From an uncultured candidate division Zixibacteria bacterium (GTDB lineage Bacteria; Zixibacteria; MSB-5A5; GN15; FEB-12), in the NCBI GenBank assembly GCA_963806185.1, contig CAWDXE010000001.1:608001-672000 (forward strand): 64,000 nucleotides of DNA, written 5' to 3'. Below, in pieces: positions 62,611-64,000 of this stretch; the first letter of the stretch is position 1, and every line of letters begins with the position of its first letter. The translations under genes were made by a program, and so were the position numbers. Below the pieces are notes generated by a model. That model was not told the DNA's origin. It was given only the letters and a program-made list of their open reading frames with translations, and made no database searches.

Positions 62611-63312
62611 ATGTCGATGGACTGGGTTGAACAGGTGCTGAAATCCTCGAGTTTCACCTTCGCCGCACTTCCCGCAGCCTTGGTACTCGGTCTTTTCACT
62701 GCGGTAACGTCCTGCTGCAATTTTGGAGTAATCGCTGCCGTCGTTGGCTTCGCAGGTAGTCGCGACGAAAGTCATAGTCGGCAAGATGCTCTATTCACGA
62801 CTATTGCCTTCACGCTTGGTACCATCGTTTCACTTTCCCTCATGGGGCTGGCGATCGGGCACATCACTGGGTTGGCAGGAACGAGTCTCCAACGGTACGG
62901 TACCGGTTTCATGGGCTTTGCCCTGATTTTCGCGGGGCTGGCGGCACTGAGGGTTCTGCCATTTCGTCTCCCATCCGTGGACTTGTCGAAGGTAAAGCGG
63001 CCAAGCGATCGCGCTGGCTCTACTGCATTTGGATTGGTGATAGGTACGGCGAGCATAGCTTGCACGATGGCCTGTTGCGGACCTCTTCTGCCGCTGGTGT
63101 TTGGTATGAGTGCCGCGCACGGGGGAGCACTTTGGGGTGCTGCCATCCTCGGCTTGTTCGCGATAGGATACAGTTTCCCCTTGGCTGCCCTGATGCTTGG
63201 CGTGGGTCTGGGAAGAACGATGGCAATCGCTCAGAAGGCAATCAAACCCATTCGCATGATAGCCGGAATAGGACTTGTCGCCGTCGGCTTCTGGCTGCTG
63301 GCGACTATGTAG
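62611..63312 (+). CDS. CcdA/DsbD-like transmembrane thiol-redox protein
   Basis: About six TMs; LGLFTAVTSCC, ACCGPLL, FAIGYSFPL. Confidence 0.72.
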   Translation: MSMDWVEQVLKSSSFTFAALPAALVLGLFTAVTSCCNFGVIAAVVGFAGSRDESHSRQDALFTTIAFTLGTIVSLSLMGLAIGHITGLAGTSLQRYGTGFMGFALIFAGLAALRVLPFRLPSVDLSKVKRPSDRAGSTAFGLVIGTASIACTMACCGPLLPLVFGMSAAHGGALWGAAILGLFAIGYSFPLAALMLGVGLGRTMAIAQKAIKPIRMIAGIGLVAVGFWLLATM

Positions 63313-63324
63313 GCACGTATAAGC

Positions 63325-64000
63325 ATGACCGATTCAAAAAGGTGCGACAAAGAAATTCGTATTGCAGGATGCTGCAACCCTCAGGTGGAAATCGTGAAGC
63401 TCGTTGATCGCCAGCCCGTGCCCATCTCAGAGCCGATTCCAAGGCTACCTTGGATAATCGGGGCGATGGAAACTCCAGCTGGTAAGGTCCCGGTTGTCCG
63501 ATCGAAATTGCAGCCAGCCGATATATTTGGCTCGTGGAAAGCGCGCTGGGGTATTCGACGCATGAGCTATCGTATTCGACCGCGTCTCTATGCAGTCGGC
63601 AATCCTACGGACGTTTCTCCAGTATTCGTGACCGCCAACTACAAGATGAGCTTTGACCGCCTGCGATCGCAGCTCGATGGAATCGACGGGTGGATTTTGG
63701 TACTCGACACCAAGGGAATCAACGTCTGGTGCGCTGCCGGTAAAGGCACGTTCGGGACGGCCGAGCTCATGAACCGACTCGAAGCCGTAGGCCTCAAGAA
63801 GATAGTCTCTCATCGTAGATTGATTGTCCCTCAACTCGGCGCCACCGGCGTCAGCGCACACATAGTTCGCGAGGGGAGTGGTTTTCATGTCTTTTACGGT
63901 CCCGTGCGTGCCAGGGACATTCGCGTTTTCATGCAAGCGGGAATGAAAGCGACTCCCGACATGCGACGCATCACCTTTACTTTCACGGAGCGCATCGTCC
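63325..64000 (+). CDS. hgcA: Mercury methylation corrinoid protein HgcA, 3' end outside the window
   Basis: Manual translation: LYAVGNP..SPVFVTANYKMSFD..WILVLDTKGINVWCAAGKGTFGT..LIVPQLGATGV..YGPVRA. Cap-helix motif NVWCAAGK at 63721-63744. Confidence 0.92.
   Translation, partial: MTDSKRCDKEIRIAGCCNPQVEIVKLVDRQPVPISEPIPRLPWIIGAMETPAGKVPVVRSKLQPADIFGSWKARWGIRRMSYRIRPRLYAVGNPTDVSPVFVTANYKMSFDRLRSQLDGIDGWILVLDTKGINVWCAAGKGTFGTAELMNRLEAVGLKKIVSHRRLIVPQLGATGVSAHIVREGSGFHVFYGPVRARDIRVFMQAGMKATPDMRRITFTFTERIV

Larger units (their letters stand above)
23849..64000. mobile_element. tRNA-Asp-anchored composite island: tandem cargo modules separated by att-like repeats; right end not in window
   Basis: Six direct repeats carrying the tRNA-Asp 3' end; gene content switches from core to accessory at the tRNA; no integrase seen. 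Confidence 0.65.

Noticed and set aside
63325..64000. Terminal ORF read as a CdhE/AcsC corrinoid Fe-S protein subunit
   Set aside because: It has the HgcA-type NVWCAAGK motif, lacks an N-terminal Fe-S/TIM-barrel region, and no acs genes are adjacent.

Overview
Bacterial chromosome segment, probably candidate division Zixibacteria or a related FCB lineage (inferred only from four proteins sharing a Cys-flanked dockerin-like tail). Bases 1-23.8 kb are core genome: eno, a classical menaquinone operon (menG-F-D-H-B-A-C-E), a TrmB regulator with a PDZ aspartyl protease, recX, a frameshift-broken alaS (probably assembly indels), a GGGP synthase, a gmhA-like gene, an O-antigen ligase, tRNA-Val and tRNA-Asp. 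From tRNA-Asp to the window end is an accessory region cut into modules by six same-orientation ~51-54 bp repeats. Their right half copies the tRNA-Asp 3' end, and their minus strand keeps a short frame (consensus WRGLRDAF[C/R]NWVIExxA*). I read these as att scars of serial integrations at tRNA-Asp, forming a cassette-like array with no integrase in the window. The modules carry: (1) porin + kdpFABCDE; (2) a methyltransferase; (3) Rieske/cytochrome b/nonaheme cytochrome c; (4) an S74-chaperone fibre protein; (5) two SBBP-dockerin paralogs; (6) an FG-GAP protein and an ATP-grasp/7TM-transglutaminase/TPR/beta-barrel operon; (7) arsR, a Cys-rich protein, a ccdA-like gene and hgcA. The mercury-methylation gene hgcA (NVWCAAGK) runs off the window end and is absent from the ORF track. 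All calls are by-eye motif recognition; no searches were run.
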